In this document: in pieces, positions 9,856-21,911 of the stretch
Layout: each line of letters opens with the position of its first letter
Position numbering within the stretch: the stretch's first letter is position 1
Assembly: GCF_021028975.2 (NCBI RefSeq)
Contig: NC_059439.1
Coordinates: forward strand, 23,064,001-23,128,000
Length of the DNA: 64,000 nt
Reading direction: 5' to 3'
Source of the DNA: Sphaerodactylus townsendi
Lineage: Eukaryota
Notes under the pieces: generated by a model
Seen by the model: the letters and a program-made list of their open reading frames with translations, nothing else
Databases searched by the model: none
What the model was told of the DNA's origin: nothing
Translations under genes and position numbers: made by a program

Positions 9856-12800
9856 ATTTTCAAGCACTGAAAGTGAATTTAAAAATCATAAGATCTCCAA
9901 TTGAAAGACCAAAATCTAAAAGTCATTCTCCACTAAAACATAATTTGGCACCCTCTTTCCCACAATTAATGTTCAGATTTATAAAATGTTATCTTATGTT
10001 TTATATGGGCATTGGAAAACCACCTCAAAGGGCTTTTTTCTGTGGTTAATTGTTCAGCTATTATCTCATTTAATAGCCAATCTCATTGTTACTGGATGAC
10101 AACAGTAAATGAAGAGATTGCAATCCATTGTTAGTGATGGTCCACAAGATGGCTAGCAGGCACCATTTGTTTAGTTATTTGTTTTTCCTCATATGGCTTA
10201 CAATTGCCATTAAACCTTTACCTTTCACATACCCCTCAAGCCATTCCTTAAAATCCCTAATTGCCCAGGATCAGTATTTCATGGAGATTGGTGGGTTAAA
10301 CTGGGAAAATCCAATCCTGCTGTTGGGAATTGTAGTCTGGATACAGCCCATCATTAAGGTTGATATGTGTCTCTTGTTTTTCCCCGAATAGGCAGGGCTC
10401 TTCTTTGACTTTGGAGGTTAAGGGTCACTCAGCATAACCCTGAGGGTCTCTTTTTTCCCTAGAAGAACCCCTCTTTCCCAATAGCCATTGTTCAATATTG
10501 CTGGACACCTCTTTGTGATATTGTTTCACAGTGTGTTGTTCTTCCAGAGCAAAGCACGAGTCACTCAGTTCTGTTCATCAGATCATTCTGTTCCAAGATC
10601 AGGTGACTATAACTCTTACTTCCCCAATTCCCTGCTGCATTCAAGACCTAGTGATTCACAATCATTTAAATCCTAGGACTGTGTGCTGCTGCTTTGATTA
10701 TTATGTACCCCCGTTATCCCTAAATAAAAATTGTTAAACTTCATTTGGTCTCCTGTGGAGTTTTCTTGCATAAGCTGACTTCCATATAAGATAGGTAAAC
10801 GAGGTCTTGAGCTTGCCCAACCTTTTGCTGACCAAGAGTCTGCTATTGCTAATTCCCCATTCTAAAAGGGAGAGAGTTCCCCCTCCACTTTGGGTAACAA
10901 GGTCCCATATTCTCAAGTGTAACCTCTTTGGGGATAAAGGGGGACTATTTCTCCCTTTTCCCCCAGCAAAAAAAAAAGGGATCTAGCACCATGGGTAATA
11001 TATCACAACTCTTGACAAGATGAATCTATATCAGGGTAAGTTTCTAAGTCAGTTTACAAACAAGGAATGGAGTGGAAGTTACTAAAATATTATCTCTTCT
11101 CAAAGATGGCAGTATTGTTCTCCTCCAAGTAAACATTTTTTGTATCTTGCATTAGCTGGTGCCAGAGAAGAAATAGTTCTTTAAACGTGCAACCATTATA
11201 ATAGAATGACCTCCTCCCCCACCTCACATCCTGAAATCCTGAAATCGAGTCTCAAGTTCCATAAAAGTGTTCAATTAGGATTGTTAAATGACATATACTT
11301 AGGGGTAAATTTGGACTTGAATTGGAAAGATGGCCATATCCAGATAGACCTTGGGTATTATCAAGGGTATAAGTGATTTACACGCTAGCAATCTTTTGGA
11401 CCAATGTGGCATTCTCTTGAAGGAAGCCCTTTCTACCAATTGGAAGACCCTTCCCCCCAAATTAGGCAGATTATTTTTCACAATGTATGAGCATCATTAG
11501 ATCCAACTGCATATATTTTCCTGTAAGTACTTTCTAAGAATCACACATCTTGAAGTAGAAAAAATAAAGCAATAAATGGTCATAATAATTAAAAGAACCT
11601 TTTTACCATTTATCGTCAAGGGGCATCAATGGAGAACGGTTGAGAGTCGATTCATACAACTGCTGCACACTTGCTTAGCTACCATGTGGAATGGCAACAT
11701 ATCCTTATGGAGACTGTCAAATGTAGCCACTTCACAAGGCCTTGTATGTTACACAAAAGAGGCTTTATACAAGGGAAAAACAGACTGTCGATGGAGAACA
11801 ACCTCTTGACAATTTAAAGAGTTTCAGAACAGTCTGCTAAGTCCCATAAAATGTATGATGCAACACTCATTAAGGCTTCAAAATAACCTTGTTTGTTATT
11901 TGGAGCCATTATTTAGAAAACCTATATATCATCTCTTCAGAGACATGCTTGAGTGAGCCACAGCAAGTAAATTGTCTTGATAATAGGGGAATTCATAATT
12001 TTTTTCAAGGGTAAGTTAAAAAATCATTGTTCTATTTTTTCATGCCTCTCTGATTAAAAAAACAACAAGAAAAACTCTGAGTACAAAAGGCAACAGATAA
12101 TAATGCACAAAGAAACGTATTGACAAAATGAAGTAAATATAACACTACTTTAATGATGAAGTGAGCGCTAACTCCTGAAATCTTATACCTCAAAAATCTT
12201 GTAGTTCTCTAAGGGGGTACTGGATGGAAATCTAGATCTTGTACTGGAGACCACACAGCTGCTCTTGAAAATACAGATCTTGTACTGGAGACCACACAGC
12301 TCTTGACAGTACAGAAACTGAGGTAGCCTTCCATGGCAGTTACAATCTCAGTCCATGTGACAGGTTAGGATCAATAATCACAGAAAAATTACAGAGATGG
12401 CATCAGTTGCCCACTGGATGAATAGGCAACCTATCGGCAGACAAATGAAGACGTGAACTTTCTGCATGAAGCAAAACTCTTGAACCTGTGGGAGAATAGA
12501 TTAAGAAATATAAAGCAGCCAGTATTGGGCTGCTTTCAAGCTGAAATAATTGAGTTAAAACAAGGAATATTTGCGAGTTGCTGAACATCAAGCTAAGCAT
12601 CCTTTCAGGTTAACATATAACAAACATGATTAGGGGAGAAAACCAAGGGCATAAAAATATCCAACTGGGAAGAGAATAATCGTTTTGCTTGTGTATTGCT
12701 ATAGTTGGAAATGCTTATTAAAATCTTGTTTCTGTTTCTCTTGCATTTCATATAACTTAGAAGCAGGTGTTTATAGATAGAGACTACCAAGGGCAGATTT

Positions 12801-14600
12801 CTTATTAAGGACCAGGAATCATCTCCAGTTATTTGCTACTGAATCTAACTGGTCAGCTAAAGCCCTAATTGAAGGTTTCAAAAGGGCAAGGTAATTTACC
12901 CACCTTCCAGAGAATTCTTGTGAACTTGATACCTGATCGGTTGATTGATAATTATTTGATGTGTCTACCTTATGCCATAAATTAATCACATCAGAATTAG
13001 CAGCCATCTTTCTTTTGTCTATTTCACTTTACTTTGCTATGCATTGAGGAGTACTATCATACCTTCTAGCCAGTATTTATTTTAGTAAGTAAGTGTATTG
13101 TGTTATATTATTGTGTATCTGGAAATACACATTAGAATTTTGTGTTTACTGCCTGTTTTTTAAACTATGGCTGTTTCCGCACAGCCCAACAACAGCGCCC
13201 TAGGGATTGTAAAAACACTGTCCCTGGGGCACTTTTCACACAGCTTATGAACACTGCTTTTGAACATCACTCAGGGGGCAAGGTTTTTCAAAAGTTGAGT
13301 CTTCCACGCACTACCATGCGAATGGCAGCGAGTGGAAGGCAGCGTTGTTCCCGCGCTGGCCCCAAATGCCTGCTTATCTCCTCCCGGTTTCTGTCGCTCT
13401 GTGGAGGCCAGGGGACATGTCTCCTGGCCTCCACCCCTGCAGTGGTCGCTCTGGGCATGTCTCCTTGCTGCTACAGAGCGAAGGAAACCAGGAGAAGGTA
13501 AGGAGGTTTTTGGGATGCTGCGTGGCTTTGCAGAACCCACTCTGCCAGATGCACAGTCAGTGGGGCCATTTGTGAGAACAGCCCCGGGGCTTGCATCAGT
13601 ATGCTTCATGCCAATGCAGCCCCTCTACTCTGGCTGTACAGAAACAGCCTATTATTTTACAACCTTTTTTAAATTTAAAAAATTGCTTTGTGGTTATTGG
13701 TTCAGAATGAAGAGCCTGGTATTGCAACCACCCCAAAGGCCTCAATGGGTCTTTGATACCTGTACAATGTGTTAACTGTTTTTTTCTGTTCTCCAGTTGA
13801 GCAGAAACTAAAAAAGTTTCTTGTAACAGAAATGAAGAAACTCTCAATTTCAGTTAGTCAATTAAACTTCAGCAGTAGAGCCATTGGTGAGGGTCAGGCA
13901 GGTAACCACAAAATGCACACTGGTACTCAAAGAAACCCAGAGCAGTTCTTACAAAAAGAGGTGAACAAATCTTTCTTGAAAGGACATAAATTCTTTGACC
14001 TAATCTGGTCCCTTATCTACACAATAAACTCCAGCCTTCAATTAAGGATAATTTCACAAGTCCACATCTATCTACTCAATGAACTGGGCAGCAAAGAAGC
14101 CAGAAGGGGTTGGATTAGTCAGACTTCTATAATGCTACATATGAAAAGGACAAATGTGTCCAGGCAGGCAACAATACCAGCCAGCTGCCACCAAAACAGA
14201 GGGCAAATATGATGCTTTACAGTTTCTTCCCACTCTCCTGCAGTTCTCCAGTAATAGAGACTTATCTGATTAAGTATCAAATATTGTTTTAAAAAGTAAC
14301 TGATATACTCATAATATATCCCTATTACTATCCTATGGTGTCTACAGTACTTTCATCGGTGAATCAACAGCAGCATAAAGAGGACTTTGAAAGAAGTTGG
14401 GTTTTCCTTTATTTCCATAATCTATTTCATTATACATTCACTAGAAAAGCTGAAAATTAAAGAATGCACATAGAACTGAAAACATGACAGAAAGAAACAT
14501 TGTTCCATACTGTAGATTTTATTTGAGACAAGTTTAATATAATTATGGTGTATCTCCAACAAATGTCTTGGAAATCCCACATTTGTTTATAAGTTTCCTT
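9810..14600. repeat. Segmental duplication of ~27290-31755 (its right part also matches 1-1260)
   Basis: Colinear, highly similar sequence by direct comparison, apart from indels and TE insertions. Confidence 0.9.
13169..13649. mobile_element. Non-autonomous PIF/Harbinger-like element
   Basis: TIR GGCTGTTTC...GAAACAGCC; 3-bp TSD TAT. Confidence 0.7.
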
Positions 14601-15437
14601 AAAGCTTTTTTTAACCTCTTTGTTTCTTAGACTATAGATAAGGGGATTAACTAGAGGGGTGAAGACTGTATAGACAACTGAAAAGATCTTGTCTATTTCT
14701 TTCAGAGCTTCCTTTTTTGGTAGGGCATATACAAATATCAATGAACCATAAAATATGGAAACTACAATGAGGTGGGAAGAACAGGTGGAAAAAGCCTTTC
14801 TTCTCCCATTGGAAGATGGAATGTATATAATGGCACCAATTATACACACAAAAGACAGCAAGGTCAAAAGACAAGAAGGAACATATGCTCCTACTCGGCC
14901 TCTGCATTCGGCAGAGGCCAATTTGCTGGTGGTTCCTGGCCCCTCAATGATGCGGCTGGCCTCCACACGAGCCAGGACCTTTATGGCCCTGGCTCCGGCC
15001 TGGTGGAACACTCTCCCTCCAGCTGTCCGGGCCCTGCGGGACCTTGGCGAGTTCCGCAGGGCCTGTAAGACTGAGCTGTTCCACCGGGTCTTTGGAGTGT
15101 CCAGTCGCTGAAGTGCGCCCCCTCTCTCCCCGCCCCCCTCCTTTGCTTTGCTCCTTGGGCTTTTGCCCACTATTTTATAATCTATTTGTATATTCTTATT
15201 TTAAGGATGAGTTTGGCCGCTCCCTCCTTTTTGGGGGGCAGTTAAAGGAATTGGGCTATGGGACGCCATCACCATCGTTAATATTGTTATCGCTTCTGCC
15301 CACTGTTTAAATGGTTTTAATTGTTTTAATGGATTTTAGTGTATTTGGTCTTTATCGGGACCCTTGTTATATATTGCGTACATAGTGTTGTACACTGCCC
15401 AGAGCCCCTCGGGGATTGGGCGGTTTATAAATCCAAA

Positions 15438-15492
<55 letters not shown>

Positions 15493-15656
15493 GTCCCAAT
15501 AGCGTCACCAGAGTTGTGTCACTGCATGATCACTGGTGTGAGGTCACAAAAGAACTGCTCAATTTCATGGGGACCACAGTATTTCAGCTGTGACATTGAG
15601 CTCAATAGTAAAGTCATAACTGCAATCCCACAAATCCACATTGGAGGGGCTTGCAT
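14543..15656 (-). pseudogene. OR pseudogene B (paralog of A), interrupted by a different L2 insertion
   Basis: KAFSTCSSHL and NPLIYSLRN present; +1 frameshift after RNKEV; same TM4 deletion and 5' truncation as pseudogene A. Confidence 0.9.
14883..15491 (+). mobile_element. L2 LINE 3' fragment
   Basis: ORF2 end APAWWNTLP..RALRDLGEFRRACKTELF; long (TAAA)n tail at 15435-15491. Confidence 0.85.
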
Positions 15657-16357
15657 CAGTTATTATTTTCTCTTTGAGCAGATATTAACATGTTTGCAGA
15701 CCCAGTTAGCATTTCGTGACTCTTGCTTATTGGATATAATATGTTCTATATTTCCAAACCGCTAATACATATTTGTCTTATAAATGTCAAATATTGCATT
15801 AAAAATTAACTAAAATACACACAACATATTCCTGTTAATATCATATGGTGTTTACAGTTGTTTCATGTATTCGTGGATGAATCAACAGCAGTATAAAAAG
15901 CGCCCCAGGAATCAGCCTGCGGTGTGGTTGCGGCAGGGGAGGAATGAATGACTGCCCTCCTCCCTGCTGCCAATCAGCACAAGGCACGTGACAGGGGACC
16001 GGGTGTGTCTATAAAAGGCAGTGCCTGATCAGCTCGGCCTCTTTCCAAGGCTAGCCAGCTTCCTATGGTGGTTATGTGGTTATTAATAAACGGGCTGCAG
16101 CCGATTCCTATTCCAACTAAATAATGTGTCAGTGATCAATGGAGTGAACCGTCGCACATCTGAACGCAAAAAGGATTTTGGAAGAACATGGATTTTTCTA
16201 TTGCTCTTGATGCAATTCATTATGTCACCAGCTGAACACTAAATGATGTAAATAGAATGGAGACAATTACAGGACTTTTACAAGAACGAGAAATTGTTCT
16301 ATCCTGTAGATTTTATTATCGACTAGTTTGGTTTAATTAGGCTACCTCTCTAACAAA

Positions 16358-16712
16358 TTACTCAAAAATCCTATAGTTATTTACAAGTCTCCTTAAAGCT
16401 TTTTTAATCTCTTTGTTTCTTAGACTATAGATAAGGGGATTGATTAGAGGGGTTAAGACTGTATAAAAGACTGAGAAGAACTTGTCAACATCTCTCAGAA
16501 CATCTTTTTTTGGGGTCTTATCCACTTCCTCCAGAGCTTTTTGTTTTGGTAGGGCATATACAAATATCAACGAACCATAAAATATGGAAACTACAATGAG
16601 GTGGGAAGGACAGGTGGAAAAGGCCTTTTTTCTCCCATCAGAGGATGAAATTTGTGCAATGGAAGCAATTATACCTACGTAAGACAACAGGGTCAGAACA
16701 AAGGAAGGAACA
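16358..16712 (-). pseudogene. Chimeric OR fragment (TM5-ECL3 of one OR fused to the OR1-type TM7 and C-terminus)
   Basis: YALPKQKALEEVDKT|PKKDVLRDVDKFF: duplicated ECL3; 3' part nearly identical to OR1. Confidence 0.85.
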
Positions 16713-16805
16713 ATTTTGACTCCACTACTTAAGCCTATGATATACAGCCTGAGAAACTGGGAGATGAAGGAGGCCCTGAGAAAGTTTGTGAAGAAATGTG
16801 TCTAG
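16710..16805 (+). pseudogene. OR TM7/C-terminal fragment on the opposite strand
   Basis: Translates as TILTPLLKPMIYSLRNWEMKEALRKFVKKCV*. Confidence 0.85.
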
Positions 16806-17759
16806 CCCTTTAGACTCCAAAGAATTTGGCTGCGGAATAGGTGACTTTCTTGCTAGTTAGTGATTCTAGTGTGAGTGCTCCTCTGCGGCCATGCCTGCAA
16901 GGTAGTCCACCTTGTCCCCATAGGAACTTGGCTACTCTTGTGGAACAAACAAGAAGTGACTCTGGCATCTGTTCATCAGCTCCTTGCTTCCATCAGGGAG
17001 TTTACAGCAGTCCTGCAAACATGGAGCTATGCACCACACCAACCTCATCCCGCTTTCCCTGCCTGCCTTTTATCTGTCTCAGGAGTTTCCCACATTCTTA
17101 GAAACTCGCTGCTCCAGTCTGCTAGTTGCTGATGAGCTGTCTGTTGAGCCCTGCTGGCCTACAACTGGCTCTTCATCTTTCCTGGTTCTCCCCCTTGATT
17201 GTAGTCTGGCTGTGGTTGTGCCAGCCCTGCTCCACTGTCTAAGGCTGCTGAGGACTTATGATTGCAGCCGGGTTAGGACTGTGCTGCCTCCACCCTTTTA
17301 TCTGGAACTGCTGAGGTCTACTGTTGCTGTTCAGGAACCCTCCTGCTATTTCTCTGCAGTTCGTCCCAGCTTCTGGCTTTCTGGAAGTCCCTGCTCCTTT
17401 TGGTAAGTCAGTTGTGGTAAGTAAGGGGTACCTAGGTTGGCATTTGTGACGGGTTGCTGGGTAACTCTTGTCTTCTCAGACTGGTAACTCTTGTCTTCTC
17501 ATAATGTGACAAAAGTCTCAGTCTCAGTTCAGATTTTAGATTTTAGGCACAGTTCAGGCTTGAACTGATCTGTAACCCTTGTCTTTTTGGTGGTCCATGG
17601 TACCTACAGCATCCATTAAATTCTCCTCCTACTTTCTTCCTGCTGGTTTTCTTCAATGTCCAGGTTTATTCTTCAATATAAAGTTCAGAAAATAAAAATA
17701 TGCCCTTCATCAGAGTCTTGTAAATATTGCCCGGAATTTTAGAGAGCGAACATTTATGG

Positions 17760-17919
17760 NNNNNNNNNNNNNNNNNNNNNNNNNNNNNNNNNNNNNNNNN
17801 NNNNNNNNNNNNNNNNNNNNNNNNNNNNNNNNNNNNNNNNNNNNNNNNNNNNNNNNNNNNNNNNNNNNNNNNNNNNNNNNNNNNNNNNNNNNNNNNNNNN
17901 NNNNNNNNNNNNNNNNNNN
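17760..17919. other. Assembly gap (others at 20366-20519, 38870-39021, 55844-55984)
   Basis: Runs of N. Confidence 1.
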
Positions 17920-18386
17920 CCTATCCCCGAAGGGCTCAGAGCGGTGAACAACACAAAATCATACATAAAACATAAAATTTTTAAAACAAATATATTCTAA
18001 AATAGGGGCCCACGAGACCCATATACTGCCCTCTTCCTGAGAGAAATGAGGATGGGTCCCAATGATGTTAGGGGACCCTGCCAGCAGGGGGGGAAGACGG
18101 AGGCATTATCGGCAGCTGGACTCTCCAAAGGCCCGGCAGAACAATTTGGTCTTACAGGCCCTGCGGAATTCTCCAAGGTCCCGCAGTGCCCGGATAGCTG
18201 GTGGTAGTGTGTTCCTGGCTCGTGTGGAGGCCAGCCGCATCATCGAGGGGCCAGGGATCTTCAGCAAATTTGCCTCTGCTGAGCACAGAGGATGAACCGG
18301 GACATATGGGATAATGCGGTCCCGAAGGTACGAGGGTCCCAGGCCGCGCAAGGCCTTAAAGGTCAACACCCACACCTTGAACATGA
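17920..18386 (-). mobile_element. L2 LINE 3' fragment
   Basis: FKVWVLTFKALRGLGPSYLRDRI...EFRRACKTKLF; the tail runs into the gap. Confidence 0.85.
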
Positions 18387-18701
18387 TTAGTCACCCATAT
18401 TCGTTAGTCACCCATATTCGTTAATCTTTTGATGACATCTGTGTTGTGGCAATTTGAATCTGTGAATGAACCATTACTGTCAAATCAAAATTTATTGTAT
18501 GTTCTCATCAAGCAATATGTGTCAGGTTTCTGCCAGCAAAAGAAGGACAAGTCATCTATTTCAACCACCCATAGGGTTGTGATGGGATCTACATGGATAA
18601 AAGCCTTGTAGGGAAAGTGTTCCAGAGAAGATGGGAATTGGCCAACATCTATAGAAAAACTGGAATGATCTAACGTAATGCTTTCCCAATACAACTGACG
18701 A

Positions 18702-20114
18702 TAGGGTTGGTAAATGGGAAAAAAATTCAGCCCCAGTTCGGATTCGGGCCCAATTCGGATGTATGGGGTCGGATCCACCCATATCCGAGCCTGCCAGGCT
18801 CGGATACACCCGAATTTCCGAGATTCTCGGATGCTTTTTTATTTTTTTTGCTTTTTCCCCATTTTGGCCTGCAGGGGGAGCATTTTTAAAGTTAGCGGCA
18901 TGAAAATTTCAGGGTATCTTTGTAATACTGTTCTGATCATGCACCCCAAGTTTGGTGCAGTTTGGTTCAGGGGGGCCTATGTTATGGACCCTCAAAGATA
19001 TCCCAAATCACCCATTGTTTCCAATGGGAGCCAATGGAGATATAGGGGGCTTATCTTTGAGGGTCGCCATAGCAGCTACATGAACCAAACTGGACCTCAA
19101 ACATGATCAAAACAGTTATTCTGAAGATATCCTGAAAACTCTCATGTGCCTTTTATACTCTTTAAAATGTCAGATCCCTACAAGGCACCCCAGGATTTTT
19201 GCACAAGATTCTGTGGTTTGCATTGAATTTTTTCAATTGCTTTCAATGGAGGAATTCCTGGGGTGCCTGCGGGGGTGCATTTTTAAAGGTAAGTGGGGTA
19301 TCTTTTTTACTGGGGATTGGTTGGGAAACTGGGTGGCAAGGGTGGCATGGGTGGGTGGGTGCTTACACTTGTGTGTGTGTGTGTGTGCGTGCGCGGGTCA
19401 GGGCTTAGAAGTGGGGGCAACTTTGGAATGGGAAGGGGGTGCTAAGCTTGGCTGGGGGGGCTTGGACTTGTGTCACCCTCCCTTGCCATGCTTGCCACCT
19501 GCAGCCTAAGCCTGATCTGCACACACAAAGAAGTTGTGTGTGCGTGAGGATCAGGACTTGGAAGCCACAGGGGCGACTTTGGGAAAGGGGGTGTGTGTGC
19601 ATGCGGATTGGTGCTCGGAGGGGCGACTTTGGGAAGGGGGGGTGTCAAGAGGGCCCAGGAAGGGTAGATGGTTGCTTGGACTTGAGTCCAAGCATCCATC
19701 TACCCTCCCTGGCCAGGCTCCAGCTCGCAAGCCCCGGTCTGCACGCACACAGGAGTTGTGTGTGCGTGCGGATTGGGGCTCGGAGGGGCGACTTTGGGAA
19801 AGGGGGGGTGTCAAGCGGGGCCAGGAAGGGTAGATGGTTGCTTGGACTTGAGTCCAAGCATCCATCTATCCTCCCTGGCCAGCTTGACACCCCTCCAGCT
19901 CCCAAGCCCCAGTATGCACAGCGGTGAGTGCTTCCTGCAGCTGCCTGCCTCTTTAAAATTTTTTCCCCTGGCTGGCTCGGAAGAACCACCGCTCGGGGAG
20001 AAGGGCGCATTCGGATTGAGAAAAGTTTAGAGGGGGCGAGTTCGGACTCTTGGCTGTCTAAATCCCGGATCTCGGCCGAACTTGCAGTTCGGCCGATACG
20101 ATCCGCCATCTCTA
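18702..20114. mobile_element. Composite non-autonomous DNA element (hAT-like TAG...CTA ends) with internal ~166-bp tandem repeats
   Basis: CpG-rich subterminal (TTCGG/CCGAA) repeats at both ends; internal segment shared with 23600-23920 and 51940-52200. Confidence 0.5.
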
Positions 20115-20820
20115 GTGACAAATTACTTGCTGAGTCATTGAGTGCTGAGTAATGAGAACTGAAATGATGGGACACTCATCTGGATATTTTAAGTGGCCCT
20201 TTGAAAAATATTTTGGGTGCTCTTATATTGTTAAGGAATAACATGAATATTGTTTCTATGAAACATAATTCCCAAAACCAAGGGAAAGTTCCTTTATCCG
20301 ATTAAAAAATAAACAATTAATCGTGTGTGTGTGTGGGGGGGGGTATTTTCCTATGGGTATCCGAGNNNNNNNNNNNNNNNNNNNNNNNNNNNNNNNNNNN
20401 NNNNNNNNNNNNNNNNNNNNNNNNNNNNNNNNNNNNNNNNNNNNNNNNNNNNNNNNNNNNNNNNNNNNNNNNNNNNNNNNNNNNNNNNNNNNNNNNNNNN
20501 NNNNNNNNNNNNNNNNNNNAAATTCTCCTTAATGAAGATTATATGAAGAATGAAAAATATATACCTGTATATATAGAATATAAAATTCTCCTTAATGAAG
20601 ATTTAAAGTACCTGATGTTACCAAGAGATGGGCTCCATAGCATCCAAACTGAGAAGTGAAAAGGTCTCTGTAAGAACTGACCAGGCATCTGTCTACATTC
20701 AAGGGTATTTTCATTGTTCTCACATTTCTTTCTTATCTTGAGTTTGACTACTGTTGTTTATGACGTTCATTATGTGCACATCTTTGTTTCCCCCCCCCCT
20801 TTTTTTTCCAGATATAAGAG

Positions 20821-21771
20821 ATGACAAATATAGATCTGGGAAACCAATCACTTGTCACACATTTTATCCTTCTTGGATTTGGGGATTTCAATAAACTAGA
20901 AGTTCTGCTCTTCTTTGTATTCTTGGTGATCTACATGGCAACCATGGTTGGAAACGTTCTCATTGTGGTGCTGGTTGTGATTGATAAGAAGCTTCATAAC
21001 CCCATGTACTTCTTCTTGGGGAACTTGTCCTGCTTGGAGAGCTGCTACAGTTCTACCGTTTTGCCCAGAATGTTATTCAGCTTCTTAACAGGGGACAAAA
21101 CTTTGTCAATGGCTGGTTGTATGACACAGTTTTATTTATGTGCCTCTCTTGTAAGTTCTGAATGTTATCTCTTTGCCATGATGTCTTATGATCACTATGT
21201 GGCTATATGCAAACCCTTACGCTACACAACTCTTATGAATGACAGGCTATGCCTCCAACTGGCTGCTGGATCTTGGGTTAATAGATTCATGGTTATGTCA
21301 GTATTGCTATACCTGATGTTAAGAATGACATTTTGTGGTCCTAATATCATTGACCATTTTTTCTGTGATCTTACCCCACTCATGAAACTTTCCTGCAGCA
21401 ATATTCACAAAATGGAACTCGCAAACTACATAACTGCCCCTTTACTTACTCTGCCTCCATTCATATTAACGATAACCTCCTACGTTTCTATTATCTCCAC
21501 GATTGTTAATATCCCATCCACCACTGGAAGAAAGAAGGCCTTTTCTACCTGCTCCTCTCATCTTATTGTGGTAACTATTTTCTATGGGACTATCATCGTT
21601 GTTTATGTGCTTTCAAAGACTCCCACTCTTAAAGAACTGAACAAAGTATTCTCTGTGTTTTACAGTTTTCTCACTCCCCTGGTCAATCCCCTCATATGCA
21701 TCTTGAGAAACAGAGAGGTAAAAGATGCCCTGGAAAAAATGTGTTGGAAAATATATGTACTTGAAAAGTAA
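20821..21771 (+). CDS. Olfactory receptor OR2 (family-11-like), 316 aa, open frame but with degenerate motifs
   Basis: NQS, LHNPMYFFL and KAFSTCSSHL present; MSYDHY replaces DRY and NPLICILRN replaces NPLIYSLRN; polypyrimidine tract plus CAG acceptor ending at 20811. Confidence 0.85.
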   Translation: MTNIDLGNQSLVTHFILLGFGDFNKLEVLLFFVFLVIYMATMVGNVLIVVLVVIDKKLHNPMYFFLGNLSCLESCYSSTVLPRMLFSFLTGDKTLSMAGCMTQFYLCASLVSSECYLFAMMSYDHYVAICKPLRYTTLMNDRLCLQLAAGSWVNRFMVMSVLLYLMLRMTFCGPNIIDHFFCDLTPLMKLSCSNIHKMELANYITAPLLTLPPFILTITSYVSIISTIVNIPSTTGRKKAFSTCSSHLIVVTIFYGTIIVVYVLSKTPTLKELNKVFSVFYSFLTPLVNPLICILRNREVKDALEKMCWKIYVLEK

Positions 21772-21911
21772 GGCTCATTCCACACATGCAGAATAATGCA
21801 CTTTCAAACTGCTTTCAGTGCTCTTTGAGCTGTGCGGAATAGCAAAATCCACTTGCAAATAGTTGTGAAAGTGGTTTGAAAATGCATTATTTTGCGTGTG
21901 CGGAAGGGGCC
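21772..21911 (+). mobile_element. ~140-bp PIF/Harbinger-like MITE
   Basis: TIR GGCTCATTCC..CAC / GTGCGGAAGGGGCC; TSD TAA, whose left copy is the OR2 stop codon. Confidence 0.85.

Noticed and set aside
12403-12600. 65-aa ORF conserved at 29647-29844, and other paired small ORFs
   Set aside because: Conservation is explained by the recent segmental duplication; no domain evidence; possibly an old retro-element fragment
14457-15170. 237-aa ORF that looks like a novel LINE-OR fusion protein
   Set aside because: GTG start; an antisense L2 frame running by chance into OR pseudogene B, with a frameshifted tail
17727-17975. ORFs spanning N runs (also 20323-20659 and 38838-39056)
   Set aside because: Artefacts of assembly gaps
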